Positions 18,719 through 28,714 of a DNA stretch of 38,178 nt are shown piece by piece. Origin of the DNA: a virus (lineage: Duplodnaviria > Caudoviricetes); IMG/VR virus record IMGVR_UViG_3300027769_000007, positions 1 through 38,178 of that record, one strand, 5' to 3'. The translations under genes were made by a program, and so were the position numbers. The notes beneath the pieces are model-generated. The model was not told where the DNA came from, searched no databases, and saw only the letters and a list, made by a program, of their open reading frames with translations. Positions within the stretch are counted from its first letter, which is position 1. Each line of letters starts with the position of its first letter.

Positions 18719-20196
18719 CGGTTGCCGCCCAGGACGCCTTCCAAGCGCATAATGCCAACTCGCCAGTCGGCGTTGCGGATCCCTTCAAAGCGAACCCGGA
18801 CTTGCCTGGCGGTTAGGCGGACGTCCGTAGGCAGACCCATGGCGTAGGGGCCAAAGGCCGTTTCTGCGCCGTTCGGGTAGAACTTGGCGTAAACTCGGGC
18901 CTGTACGTCGCCTTGGGTCTTTTCGTCCGGCACAATCTGGCGCATCATCACCACGTTGTCGCCGTTACCCACCTCAATCGGGCCGGATTCGGCGTATGGC
19001 GTAGCGCCGTCATAGTTAAAGCCCACTTCATGCTCGTACACGTAGCCGTCCGGGCTGGTCAGCATCGGCAACGGAAACACGCCAGCGTCGTCGCCGGCGG
19101 TACGGGCAAGCCGGCCAATCGTCCATGTATTTTCGCGATAGTTCCAGGCCACGTAACGATCATTCTCGTTGCTGGCCGAACTCGGGTAGTGCCACCAGAC
19201 CTCGCCAAAGGCCGTATTGTTAAAGGCCACGACCTTGGAAATCTGGGCGGTGTTGATATCGCTGAAGACGTAATCATAGACCGTTGAGGGCAACGGCTTG
19301 ACGTAGCCGTCATAGATCCAGAAGCCCGAATCGCCCATCCAGACGGCGTAGGTTTCAACGGTGGCCACAGCGCCGGCGGATACCACGCCACAGGCTGTTC
19401 CGACCCGGTCAAAGCCGTACACGAAGGGCGGGCCTTGGTACTGGGCAATCCAGGCGTCGCAGTCGGTGAGAATCAAGGTACCGGCGCGGACACGACGGCC
19501 GCATTGAATTGTGCCGGGAGTCTGGAGTTCGATGTCGCCAGCCTGGTTGGTGGCCGACGGAGTCCAGTCCGTATTGTCCTCGACATCAGACCACTTAATC
19601 AGACGGGGGTTGCCGCTGGCACCTAGCGCGAACATAATGCGCTCAGACGTGACAACGACGCCCTTGTTGTTGGTTGGGGCATTGGTGATAACTACCCCGT
19701 CGTTAGCGGTGTTAAGCGTCCATTCATAAATCTTGCCGTCATGCGGAGCGCAAGCGACTAGGTATTCGCCCCAGGTGTCCAACTGCCACATGGACGCCGG
19801 GGTGGATCCAGACGTGGACGAGGACGGACGGGCAACGCCATAAGCGTATTCGCCGAAATCTTGGGTACCAAAGCCCACGGAAGCGGTAGCGTTGGCGCTG
19901 CCAACGGTAAATCCGGTTGGGGTGATGTCCACCACCGTTGTGCCGCCCTCCAGGGCGTACAGCTTTGAATGCGTTCCGACGGCCGCCCAACGGGTGGAAT
20001 TGTTCGCCCGCCACGTCAGGATGGCGCGCGGAACGCCCGTCAGTTGGGTTTCGGTGCGCTTACGCCAGCCCTTGATGGGCTGAAGGGTGCCAGAGTACCA
20101 ACGAACCAAGTTCGCGTCAAAGAACCGCGCTTGGCTCTGGTAGTCGGTGCCGTTGCGGTACACGCCCGGCGGGAGTTTGAGGGGCAGAAGCGCCAT
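18715..20196 (-). CDS. Tail hub / packaged-DNA stabilisation protein (P22 gp10-like)
   Basis: 493 aa, beta-propeller-like Trp-rich repeats (IKWSD, VWMG, EVWWHYPS); gene order. Confidence 0.75.
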   Translation of the reverse strand: MALLPLKLPPGVYRNGTDYQSQARFFDANLVRWYSGTLQPIKGWRKRTETQLTGVPRAILTWRANNSTRWAAVGTHSKLYALEGGTTVVDITPTGFTVGSANATASVGFGTQDFGEYAYGVARPSSSTSGSTPASMWQLDTWGEYLVACAPHDGKIYEWTLNTANDGVVITNAPTNNKGVVVTSERIMFALGASGNPRLIKWSDVEDNTDWTPSATNQAGDIELQTPGTIQCGRRVRAGTLILTDCDAWIAQYQGPPFVYGFDRVGTACGVVSAGAVATVETYAVWMGDSGFWIYDGYVKPLPSTVYDYVFSDINTAQISKVVAFNNTAFGEVWWHYPSSASNENDRYVAWNYRENTWTIGRLARTAGDDAGVFPLPMLTSPDGYVYEHEVGFNYDGATPYAESGPIEVGNGDNVVMMRQIVPDEKTQGDVQARVYAKFYPNGAETAFGPYAMGLPTDVRLTARQVRVRFEGIRNADWRVGIMRLEGVLGGNR

Positions 20197-20453
20197 CAGT
20201 TCGTAATCTCTTTAATGGCCTTGAGCCGCGCATTGGCGGCTTCCAGCTTTAGGAAGCACAGGTAATAGGCTTCGGCAAGGTCTTTGTTTTTAGGATCGTT
20301 GACGAGCGTACAGGGATCTTCAACCAAGACCAGTTCAGCCGGCAACGGCTGATACTTGATTTCGACCTTAACGGGCCGGCTGGCGCAACTGCTCAACGAC
20401 AGCACTAGGAACAGGCACGTTACCCCATTCTTGGCTTTGCTTGTCAGAAACAT
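20196..20453 (-). CDS. o-spanin (Rz1-like lipoprotein)
   Basis: Lipobox LSLSSC; overlaps the 3' end of the i-spanin in another frame. Confidence 0.75.
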   Translation of the reverse strand: MFLTSKAKNGVTCLFLVLSLSSCASRPVKVEIKYQPLPAELVLVEDPCTLVNDPKNKDLAEAYYLCFLKLEAANARLKAIKEITN

Positions 20454-20751
20454 AGACCTTTTCCAGTTTGGTTATGACTTTCGCCTTGGCACGGTCAAGT
20501 TTAATCTTGACTTCCGCATATTCTACCACGGCCTTGTCTGCTCGGGCTTTTTGGGCTTTACCTTCAGCTTCCAACTGCTTCAGGGCCGCCGTCACATTGG
20601 CCGTACTTGCTTCGGCTACAAGTAGATCCTTTTTAGCGCTGCTAAGACGGAACGTCTGAACGCCAAAGCAGATCAAAAGAAGAAAGGCGAGGAGCGCAAA
20701 TATCGCGGCTCGGACTCCGCCTAGTAACTCAAGGACGAGAGATAAGGTCAT
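20368..20751 (-). CDS. i-spanin (Rz-like)
   Basis: N-terminal TM, coiled coil, C-terminal WGNVPVPSAVVEQL. Confidence 0.8.
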   Translation of the reverse strand: MTLSLVLELLGGVRAAIFALLAFLLLICFGVQTFRLSSAKKDLLVAEASTANVTAALKQLEAEGKAQKARADKAVVEYAEVKIKLDRAKAKVITKLEKVYVSDKQSQEWGNVPVPSAVVEQLRQPAR

Positions 20752-20983
20752 TTTCTACGGCCTTTTTTGCCGGGACAATGGCGTCCTTGGTGATGATTCT
20801 GAGCCAAATGCCAATGACGCCAACGGCGAACATGACAATGCCGAACCACTTGTCACCCAGAACAGCCCGGAGATTAGGAACATAGCCCTCAAACACCGAC
20901 CAGATACCCGCCAGAGTGATGGCCAGGTTCCAAAGGACGGTTTTTGACTTGAGCCAGTATTTATGGACTTTATCGGTTAGCAT
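20729..20983 (-). CDS. Putative holin (two TM helices)
   Basis: WLKSKTVLWN..., two hydrophobic segments, basic tail; between endolysin and spanins. Confidence 0.65.
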   Translation of the reverse strand: MLTDKVHKYWLKSKTVLWNLAITLAGIWSVFEGYVPNLRAVLGDKWFGIVMFAVGVIGIWLRIITKDAIVPAKKAVENDLISRP

Positions 20984-21354
20984 CACGCCTCCAGTTGGAA
21001 ATGAGGACCATCAATAAAACCAGACCAATCGCCGCCCCAAGTAACAGGTATTCCGAGGGTTTTCGCCATTTTTTTGACATGGGTTGCGACCTCTTTGTAA
21101 TATTTAAGATCCCAGGTTACTTCGCCATTGACCAGGACCGCAATATCGACGGCGTCGCCGGTCAGATGCCTTGACTTCATCGTCCGGCTTTTGCCCGTGG
21201 CGACCAAGACCTTCTGCTGTTCCTTAGTCCGCAAACCGCACGTAATCATAAAATCATACGGCGAGTTGACGACGGCTTCCTTCATCAACTTAACCAGTTC
21301 AGGCTTTACGCCTTTCAGGTTATTGTTGCTACGGGTGCCGAACTTAAAACTCAT
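20983..21354 (-). CDS. Endolysin, peptidase M15 (L-Ala-D-Glu peptidase type)
   Basis: GLRT..Q, SRHLTGDAVD, WGGDW, DGPHFQL. Confidence 0.92.
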   Translation of the reverse strand: MSFKFGTRSNNNLKGVKPELVKLMKEAVVNSPYDFMITCGLRTKEQQKVLVATGKSRTMKSRHLTGDAVDIAVLVNGEVTWDLKYYKEVATHVKKMAKTLGIPVTWGGDWSGFIDGPHFQLEA

Positions 21355-21554
21355 TTGAGCAAATACCCTACGACTTTTGCAAATATAGCCCCAACGGCGG
21401 CGCTGGCCGCGCCGACGGCTACCAATGTGCGCCAGCTTCCTTCAGCGCGGGTAATGACTTCGTACATCTTGTCGATTTTGGCTTCCATGTGCTTGTTGCG
21501 TTCTTCAATAGACCGCACTCGGGCATCCAGTTGGCCAAGTTGGTATTCGGACAT
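21351..21554 (-). CDS. Coiled-coil plus C-terminal TM protein (holin/antiholin-like)
   Basis: Single C-terminal hydrophobic helix, directly upstream of the endolysin. Confidence 0.55.
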   Translation of the reverse strand: MSEYQLGQLDARVRSIEERNKHMEAKIDKMYEVITRAEGSWRTLVAVGAASAAVGAIFAKVVGYLLK

Positions 21555-21568
21555 ATTAACTTCCATGA

Positions 21569-21976
21569 TTATGCAATTTCCGCGTCAAAAGAGAAGGTGC
21601 CAGTTACGACGGTGACGCCACCAGTACGTATGGACAGATTACCGCTTACGCTATTTGTACCCGCCGAAGACGAACTGCGAAGAACGCCGAACGTGCGGTT
21701 TGAACTAAGGGCAAGCCAAGAACCATACGTGCCGACGGTAGCGCCGCCGGTTAGCGCGCTAGAAGTGATGTCCAGCTTGATGTCGTACGAATTGCCGATG
21801 TTCGGCGTTGTCGGCAGATACCAGTTGCCGGAATCGCCGTCGGAATACGTACCGTCGCTGTTAAAAGATACTTGTGCAGTTACCGTCGGGGAACCAGCAG
21901 TTGACGACGCACTAACTGACAGCGACGGCACAACGCCACCCGTTGAGCGATAGCGCATAACGTCAATCGGTTTCAT
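21569..21976 (-). CDS. Small beta-rich tail-tip / receptor-binding accessory protein
   Basis: TAATG-coupled to the upstream tail gene; Ser/Thr/Gly-rich. Confidence 0.55.
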   Translation of the reverse strand: MKPIDVMRYRSTGGVVPSLSVSASSTAGSPTVTAQVSFNSDGTYSDGDSGNWYLPTTPNIGNSYDIKLDITSSALTGGATVGTYGSWLALSSNRTFGVLRSSSSAGTNSVSGNLSIRTGGVTVVTGTFSFDAEIA

Positions 21977-22662
21977 TACTGCTCTACCGTAGCCGGCAAA
22001 ACGTCCCACTTAGTATCAGTTGAGTTATACACAACCGGGATATACATGGTCTTGTTGACCGTCGTAGTGGTCGGCAACGCCGCGCCCATGGCCCGGTAGC
22101 TGGCGCCCCACGTGATGGCGCGCGCGGTACCGTTGTCCTTCAGGCGAATCACAAAGCCTTGACACTCGGCAAACGTGCCGGTGGGGTTGGCAAACTGGAT
22201 AGCGGCAGCCTGGGCGGTGACGCGGACGGCATCGTTGGTCGAAGTCGGAGTGACGGTGGCGGATGACGTGACGCTCTGGACGCGCGGATCCAGCGGGGCG
22301 GCGTCGGTAATTCCATACCCGGACAAAGTGGTCGGTTCGCCAGTCAGATTAGCCCACGTAACCGACGCAACGGTGATATAGTTGGACGGGTTGCTGGCCA
22401 GGTAGAACGAGGCCGAACTAAGGCCGTCCAGAAGGTCGGCGTCCAGGCCAGATCCGGCGCCGTCAACGGTAAGCAACTTGGACAACACATCGGCGGCGGT
22501 GTACGCGCTGGTGTTCAGCTTGAGCGCAATAGCATCATTGGCGGCCTTAATGTCGGCGTCAATATCGTCAAAGTTGGTGTTTAATTTGCCGCCCCACGTG
22601 TCGGTGGACGCGCCAACTTCAGGCTTGACGTAGCTATAATTGGTTGTGGTTGTATCGGCCAT
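21976..22662 (-). CDS. Short tail fibre/spike protein
   Basis: MADTTTTNY...[16 protein letters not shown] anchor; [14 protein letters not shown] and [12 protein letters not shown] fibre motifs. Confidence 0.75.
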   Translation of the reverse strand: MADTTTTNYSYVKPEVGASTDTWGGKLNTNFDDIDADIKAANDAIALKLNTSAYTAADVLSKLLTVDGAGSGLDADLLDGLSSASFYLASNPSNYITVASVTWANLTGEPTTLSGYGITDAAPLDPRVQSVTSSATVTPTSTNDAVRVTAQAAAIQFANPTGTFAECQGFVIRLKDNGTARAITWGASYRAMGAALPTTTTVNKTMYIPVVYNSTDTKWDVLPATVEQ

Positions 22663-22890
22663 TTAATCTTCCGTCCAAGTGGCGGGGGTGGTGTTGTAGG
22701 GGGTCCAAGTAGTGGACGAAGTGGTCTGGGCGGTCCATGTGGCCGACCCAACCGAGTGAGGCGTCCAGCTTGTGGAACTGACAGACGCCAGGTTCCACGT
22801 ATCTGGCGTTATTATATCAGATTCCCACAATATCCGTATCTGTGATAGGGTAGAAATCGGGTATTCTGAGAGAGAATGAAATCCTAGCAT
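22663..22890 (-). CDS. Small tail-associated protein
   Basis: MLGFHSLSEYPIST start and periodic W(T/N) repeats. Confidence 0.6.
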   Translation of the reverse strand: MLGFHSLSEYPISTLSQIRILWESDIITPDTWNLASVSSTSWTPHSVGSATWTAQTTSSTTWTPYNTTPATWTED

Positions 22891-22904
22891 AAACTGGAGC
22901 CTTT

Positions 22905-23333
22905 TTATGCAAATTCAGCGCTGGCGGTAAAGGTCTTGGTTCCCAAAGTAGTCCCGCCGGTGGCCGCATCAAAAAATGTAATTGTAAACGTTCTAGATAC
23001 AGCACCGAGCGTTGTGCGCTGATTTCCTAGCTTTCTCGTTGCATTTAATTGGTATCGAGTTCCGGCAACCAGCCCGCCAGTAATGGTTCCAGTTCCCGTT
23101 GATGTATAACTCATCCACGTAGCGGGTGGCGATGAAACCGACCACCATCTTGGGCTTGCCGGGCTAGTTGATTGGTTGCCGACAAGTTGAGCCGAGCCAT
23201 CCACATTAAACTCAGCATAGGCTTCCGATGTACCACCGTTTACTAAATCATCAGCAGTAAACGCCGTAGTGTCTAAAGAGCCAGAAGATGCTGTGGCTCG
23301 ATACGCCATCAGCATTTGCATAGCGCCACTCAT
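22905..23333 (-). CDS. Small beta-rich protein coupled to the long tail fibre
   Basis: TAATG coupling at 23333 (MSGAMQMLM...). Confidence 0.6.
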   Translation of the reverse strand: MSGAMQMLMAYRATASSGSLDTTAFTADDLVNGGTSEAYAEFNVDGSAQLVGNQSTSPASPRWWSVSSPPATWMSYTSTGTGTITGGLVAGTRYQLNATRKLGNQRTTLGAVSRTFTITFFDAATGGTTLGTKTFTASAEFA

Positions 23334-26300
23334 TAAGTTACTCCGGCGCCGGATGCCATCCAAACGGTTGAGGATACTTTGAACAACGTACACAGCGAGA
23401 ACGGCGCAACAGTTCTGCTGCCCGTAGTGGTCGTACCGGCCAGGCGAAGGGTATCCGTGGTGATCGCTACCGTGATGTTGCTGGTGGCATTATTGTTGAA
23501 TACCGTAATGACAGTACCAATCGGGAACGCTACCGAGGCATTTGCCGGGATGGTGTAGGTATATGCAGTTGTATTGTCTTTACCAAATGCCTTGCCGGCA
23601 TCTGCTAGTGCAAATGTAGTGTTAGCATTACTAATCGTAACAGGCACATCTCGGAAACCTATAACTGCGCCGTTTATGGTAGAAGTTGCTGCAAGAGCCG
23701 TAGTGCCACTAAATGTTTTATTACCAGTAATGGTTTCATTACCAGATGTTCCTACCGCACCAATTTCTGCAACAGTCCACGACACATTCGCGCTACCGTT
23801 AAAGGTTTTGCCAGTTGCGCCAATAGTCAATGTTCTAGCTGTAGTCAGCGTTGCAGCAGAACCAGAAGTGCTAATAGACCAAGTACCAGTTGCGTTAGTG
23901 CCATCAGTCCAGGCTACATCCTTGAAACTAGCAAATGCTGTGGCGGAGCCAAAAGTTTGTTGCCAAACTCGCAAACCAAGAGCATCACGGCGAAGCATAA
24001 GCAAGTTGTCATTTCCCGCGCTACCATCGCCCCATGTGCGGAATAACAAAGAATCGGCATACGGACTCGTATTGTTATTTGCCCACGATGTAAAATATCC
24101 AGTTATGGCATTGATAGACCCATCAGCGGGCGCTAGTGTTCTATCATCAAGCGCACTAATTCTAGGAATAGTGACGTTTGCGCTACCGTTAAATGACGCA
24201 CCGTTAATTGTTCGCGCAGTTTGCAAAGTTGTAGCTGTGCCAGCATTACCAGAAACAGAGCCAGTAATTGTGCTTGAAAAGGTCTTGGTTCCAGCCACCG
24301 TTTGGTTGCCAGTAAGCAATACCGCATCGTTGGCGATTTCAGCGTTGACGAACGCAGTAGTGGCGAGTTGGGTGGTATCGGTACCAACGGCCGCAGTCGG
24401 CGCTGTCGGGGTTCCCGTCAATGCCGGGGACGCCAACGGTGCTTTTGCACTCAAATCGGTAGTAAGATTTGTAATCTTTGCCTGAGATAGAGTTGGAATA
24501 TCTGCTTCAACAAGCGCACGGAATGTCGGCGCGCCAGCCGTACCATTAGGTGCTACAAACACCGTGTTGGCAGTTTGAGATGCAAGCGTTCCCGTCAAAG
24601 TTCCTGAGCCAGTAACCGGGCTATTAGTTACCGTAATGAAAGTTGGCAAAGATAAGCCAACGCTAGTTACAGTACCCGCATAGTTAGGAATATTTAGAGT
24701 ATTGCCTACAAGAGTTGATGCCCCAGATGTTCCAGTAGTGGTTAGCGTTAATGCGCCTTGCGCGCCTATTTCACCAAGCGTCCACGACACATTAGCGCTA
24801 CCATCAAAGGTTTTGCCAGTTGCGCCGATAGTCAATGTTCTGGCGGTAGCAAGGGTTGTAGCTGTTCCGGCGTTACCAGTAACGCTGATTCCCCAAGTAC
24901 CACTTGCGCCAGTACCAGTTTTGGAAGGCGCATCGTTGGCGATTTCAGCGTTGACGAACGCAGTAGTGGCGAGTTGGGTGGTATTCGTGCCGACAGATGC
25001 AGTAGGCGCAGTTGGTGTGCCAGTAAGTGCGGGCGATGCTAACTTAGCGTATCCCTGACCGATAACAAATGCTGTGGTAGCCAATGCCGTAGTATTAGTA
25101 TCTACTGCCTGTGTTACACCAGTTGTGCCTGTCGGCAGAGATGGTGTTCCAGTAAAGGTAGGCGAAGCCAATGGTGCTTTTGCCGACAAGTCAGTTACAA
25201 GGTTAGTAATCTTGCTTTGCGGAAGATCTGGAACATCCGAAGCAGACGCAGCCGCTAATGCACCGGCGCTACCTTTAAGAAGGCCGGAGATTGACGTAGA
25301 AAGCGTGATGGCCGGAGTAGTTGTTGAAGTTGCTACCGAGCCTGAAAAGCCGTTTGCCGATACCACAGATACATCAGTTACCGTACCTGAACCGCCGCCG
25401 CCACCAGTAGCAGCAATCGTGAAGTTGGGATATGTGCCGGTAACCGTTACATTGCTGCCGGCAGTCAAAGACACCACCTGGTCAGGTGCGGTATTGGTGA
25501 TCGTCAATGTACCGCTTGATGTAATTGGGCTGCCTGAAACAGAGATGCCCGTTCCGGCAGTTGCGGCAACGCTCGTAACTGTGCCTGAATTGGTGCCGGC
25601 AATCGTGAAATTAGGATAGGTACCCGTGACCGATATATTGGCGCCGCTTGCAAGCGATACCGTTTGGTCGGGTGCGGTATTGGTAATTGTTAATGTACCG
25701 CTTGACGTAATCGGGCTACCTGAAACAGAGATGCCCGTCCCGGCAGTAGCGGCAACGCTTGTTACGGTGCCGGTGGTATCGTTTTGATTTTGCCAAAGAC
25801 CGCTATTGTATTTTAGAATTTGGCCGTTTGTCGGTGACGTGATGCTTACGTTATGCAGTTCGTCAAGTTCATATCCGTTATCAATCTTGACATAAATCTT
25901 GCCCTGATTATTATGGGCGTAAATAACGAAACCAACGATGACCGTATGGGTCGGAGCCGAAGGCTTTATGTTGGTTAAGCGCCCGGCCGTCGTGCCGGAT
26001 AGGTACAAGACGTCGCCGTCGTTCCACGATTCGCCCTGAAGCGAACCCGTCGTGTTTAGATTGGTAATCGTGCCGACGGTGCAGACAAAGCCTTCTTGGT
26101 TGTTGGCAATCGTTTCGTTTACGACACCAATAGTATCTGCGGAATTGGCATCGTTGTTGGCCTGTGCCAGAACAACTTTAAGTCGCTGGCCTTGGGCGCC
26201 ATCAATCTTTACAACTTGATAGTTGGCGGCCGATAGACTGGCCCCGGTCTTGTTGATTACTTGGGTTACTTGCTTTTGGCCCAGATGAAGCGTTACGTTG

Positions 26301-26746
26301 CCGCCCTTCAGGCCCATGTCAAGGGTGCCGAAAGTGTCGTTCCAGAACAGGCGGCCAACGGCGGTGGCTGGGGCGGCGGCGGTGTCAAAGTCCACATAGT
26401 CGGCGAGGCTGATACCGCTGTTGATGCCGGTAGCATCGTCTTTGCTGACCACTTTGCCAGCCGGGTACGTTACAAATACGTCCTTGGTGCCAGCTGGGAA
26501 ACTAATTTTAGCACCAGAATTGGACGAGGCCAGAACCGTGTCACGGCTCAATGTGCCTGTGCCGACAGTTCCAATGCCGACTTCCCAATTATCGTTGCCT
26601 TGAGCGACGATGGCGTAATACGTAGTGTTGCCGTTGCCTATTGTGGAAAACGGCTCAAACGTATCCGAAGCCCCGGCAAGCGTAAGCGTACCCGTGCCGA
26701 CAGTCGTGGTCGTTTCTTTTACCCGGTCTTTCAGTATCAGGGCCAT
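23333..26746 (-). CDS. Long tail fibre protein
   Basis: 1137 aa; MALILKDRVKETTTT anchor; repeats GTVTSV, APLASPALTGTPTAPT, TTQLATTAFV, ATTLATART. Confidence 0.9.
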   Translation of the reverse strand: MALILKDRVKETTTTVGTGTLTLAGASDTFEPFSTIGNGNTTYYAIVAQGNDNWEVGIGTVGTGTLSRDTVLASSNSGAKISFPAGTKDVFVTYPAGKVVSKDDATGINSGISLADYVDFDTAAAPATAVGRLFWNDTFGTLDMGLKGGNVTLHLGQKQVTQVINKTGASLSAANYQVVKIDGAQGQRLKVVLAQANNDANSADTIGVVNETIANNQEGFVCTVGTITNLNTTGSLQGESWNDGDVLYLSGTTAGRLTNIKPSAPTHTVIVGFVIYAHNNQGKIYVKIDNGYELDELHNVSITSPTNGQILKYNSGLWQNQNDTTGTVTSVAATAGTGISVSGSPITSSGTLTITNTAPDQTVSLASGANISVTGTYPNFTIAGTNSGTVTSVAATAGTGISVSGSPITSSGTLTITNTAPDQVVSLTAGSNVTVTGTYPNFTIAATGGGGGSGTVTDVSVVSANGFSGSVATSTTTPAITLSTSISGLLKGSAGALAAASASDVPDLPQSKITNLVTDLSAKAPLASPTFTGTPSLPTGTTGVTQAVDTNTTALATTAFVIGQGYAKLASPALTGTPTAPTASVGTNTTQLATTAFVNAEIANDAPSKTGTGASGTWGISVTGNAGTATTLATARTLTIGATGKTFDGSANVSWTLGEIGAQGALTLTTTGTSGASTLVGNTLNIPNYAGTVTSVGLSLPTFITVTNSPVTGSGTLTGTLASQTANTVFVAPNGTAGAPTFRALVEADIPTLSQAKITNLTTDLSAKAPLASPALTGTPTAPTAAVGTDTTQLATTAFVNAEIANDAVLLTGNQTVAGTKTFSSTITGSVSGNAGTATTLQTARTINGASFNGSANVTIPRISALDDRTLAPADGSINAITGYFTSWANNNTSPYADSLLFRTWGDGSAGNDNLLMLRRDALGLRVWQQTFGSATAFASFKDVAWTDGTNATGTWSISTSGSAATLTTARTLTIGATGKTFNGSANVSWTVAEIGAVGTSGNETITGNKTFSGTTALAATSTINGAVIGFRDVPVTISNANTTFALADAGKAFGKDNTTAYTYTIPANASVAFPIGTVITVFNNNATSNITVAITTDTLRLAGTTTTGSRTVAPFSLCTLFKVSSTVWMASGAGVT

Positions 26747-26749
26747 GGA

Positions 26750-27370
26750 TTAACCAATGGCGCGTACGCGCGCGCGTAGGGGACCACCAGAATGTTTTGC
26801 ACGTTCATCGCTTAGACGGACTTCCTCAAGAAGTTGGTCGGCCATGCCTTTCCACAAGGCGACGCGTTCGTCTTCCTTGAGATACGGGGCCGCATGGACA
26901 AGGGTGGCATACAGGTACAGATCCGGCCAGGCGGTCAGAAGCCAGTTGGTCGGGCTGCCGTCGGACAACGCCGGCACTTTCATGTAATAGGTCATATCGA
27001 TTTCGGTGTTGGTTCCCACCGGGGGAACAACTTCCAGCTGGTCGCCTACAATGGTGTAGGTGTCCGCGTTGGTTTCACCGTAACGGTTGGCCCGAATCCG
27101 ATCCGCCTGGTCTAGCGTCACGAAGTCCAGAACACGGACCGGGGTGACATTTAGTTGCAGATTGATGGCTTCCAGCCAATCCGAAGGGATTTGGATGTAT
27201 TGCCCGGTCAACGTGGCGTATGCTCGTTTGACTTGCTGGCGAGTACGCAGTTCACGATTGAACTTGGCCTCGGCCAGTTGAATAAAATTGGGGATTGCCG
27301 CAGTCAGATCGGCGCGATTGAGCCAGTCGGCTACTGCTGTTTTTAACTCGGAATAAGTAGAGATGGCCAT
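26750..27370 (-). CDS. Head-to-tail adaptor
   Basis: MAISTYSELKTAVADWLNR...FIQLAE...NWLL...PDLYLY; position after capsid. Confidence 0.75.
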   Translation of the reverse strand: MAISTYSELKTAVADWLNRADLTAAIPNFIQLAEAKFNRELRTRQQVKRAYATLTGQYIQIPSDWLEAINLQLNVTPVRVLDFVTLDQADRIRANRYGETNADTYTIVGDQLEVVPPVGTNTEIDMTYYMKVPALSDGSPTNWLLTAWPDLYLYATLVHAAPYLKEDERVALWKGMADQLLEEVRLSDERAKHSGGPLRARVRAIG

Positions 27371-27684
27371 TATATTTTACCCGGACGCATACGGAAGTGA
27401 CGATTATCGCTATCGTTAAGCCATTCTTTGAATTTTTTCTGGTCGTCAATAATGCCTTTGGCTTTAAGATCAAAGTAAAGCGGAAGCGGGATGCTGGCCA
27501 CTAACTGGCCGTCGCCCCACCGCGCTTTTTCATCGACGTTGTTGTAACGCTGTTTGTTGAGTTCAACGATGTTAGTGATGTCGTGTTCCGTTTCAATGGT
27601 ACACTCCTCAGTTTCATCGTCGTAGCTGAAATACCGCTTGGAGCCGGTAAGAGGATCAATATCAAATAAGCGTTTATCAGTCAT
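27370..27684 (-). CDS. Conserved hypothetical protein downstream of the capsid gene
   Basis: VASIP, WLNDSDNRHFR motifs; gene order. Confidence 0.7.
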   Translation of the reverse strand: MTDKRLFDIDPLTGSKRYFSYDDETEECTIETEHDITNIVELNKQRYNNVDEKARWGDGQLVASIPLPLYFDLKAKGIIDDQKKFKEWLNDSDNRHFRMRPGKI

Positions 27685-27693
27685 AGGAAGTTA

Positions 27694-27714
27694 GGGGCCG
27701 GGTTGGCCGGCCCC
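27694..27714 (-). promoter_or_regulatory. GC-rich hairpin after the capsid gene
   Basis: GGGGCCGG-N5-CCGGCCCC; no clean U-tract on the coding strand. Confidence 0.55.
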
Positions 27715-27729
27715 TTCCTTTTCTTCAGA

Positions 27730-28692
27730 TTACGACAGGTCGGCGATGATGCCGTGGGCTTTTTGTTGCTTAACTTTCAGGCCCCACTCACCAATCAGCA
27801 TACGCTTTTCAGCGTCGCCGGTTTTGGCCAGTTCGACTTGGGTAATCGGACGGAGCCAGCACAGTTCGGCGAAATCCGGGTCCAGAACGAACGCATCACG
27901 GTTACGCTGGAAGCGGTTCGGAACGATGGACACTTGGCCGAAGTCGGACACGTACACGTCAGCGGCACCGATGATGGCGGCCGTTTTCGGGGCGGTCAGG
28001 TTGAAGCGGATGTCGGCGATGCCGGTGAAGGTCGAGGCGACAACTTTGTTGCCGGGGCCAACCATCAGCATCTTCGGGGTACCGCCTTCGGTCCACACTT
28101 TCTGGATGACGTCTTTCAGCATGGCTTCGGTGAACGCGCGCTGGGTACCGTCGGTAGCAGCGGCATTGACCAGGCCATTCGACACAGTCGGATCGGCACC
28201 GCCGGAACCACGATTGTCGTTGGTGCGAAGGAACGCCGGCAGACCAGCGGTACGACGGGCGGTGGACGGCATGGAACCGGCAACGGCGGCTTGGTTAGCC
28301 AGCGCGGCGGCTTCGATGTCACGCTTCAGTTCGGCGCCTTTCTTGGACAGCTGATAGGCAATTTCCGAACGACGGCCGGCTTTGTCCAGCTTTTCCAAGG
28401 TACCCGAAATCAGGACGTCTTTACGGCTGATTTGGGTGTAGTTGGCCAGACGGTCGGTGGCAACAGCGGCGGTGAACGAGGTGACGTCGTCGCCTTCAAC
28501 AACAGCGTTGTTGTCAACGGCGGCGGCCAGTTCATCGACTTGCCATTCGAAAATGGTGTTGGAAACGGTGCCGCGACCAATGTTGTTGGTGAACGGGGTG
28601 TCTTCCGGCGAGATGTTGTAGATGACATTGGCGAGGTCTTCGCGGATGCCTTTCGCGTCGTAACGCGAGTAGGTGTTGGTAATAGCAGACAT
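27730..28692 (-). CDS. Major capsid protein (DUF5309/SU10-like)
   Basis: REDL..I.NISPEDTPF, EWQVDEL, NYTQI, ELKRDIE, YVSDFG, LAKTGD. Confidence 0.9.
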   Translation of the reverse strand: MSAITNTYSRYDAKGIREDLANVIYNISPEDTPFTNNIGRGTVSNTIFEWQVDELAAAVDNNAVVEGDDVTSFTAAVATDRLANYTQISRKDVLISGTLEKLDKAGRRSEIAYQLSKKGAELKRDIEAAALANQAAVAGSMPSTARRTAGLPAFLRTNDNRGSGGADPTVSNGLVNAAATDGTQRAFTEAMLKDVIQKVWTEGGTPKMLMVGPGNKVVASTFTGIADIRFNLTAPKTAAIIGAADVYVSDFGQVSIVPNRFQRNRDAFVLDPDFAELCWLRPITQVELAKTGDAEKRMLIGEWGLKVKQQKAHGIIADLS

Positions 28693-28714
28693 TTTGATTC
28701 CTTAAAAAGTGAAG

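Noticed and set aside
23333-26746. Diversity-generating retroelement acting on the tail fibre
   Set aside because: No reverse transcriptase; the repeats are within the gene and differ at synonymous, not adenine-specific, positions.
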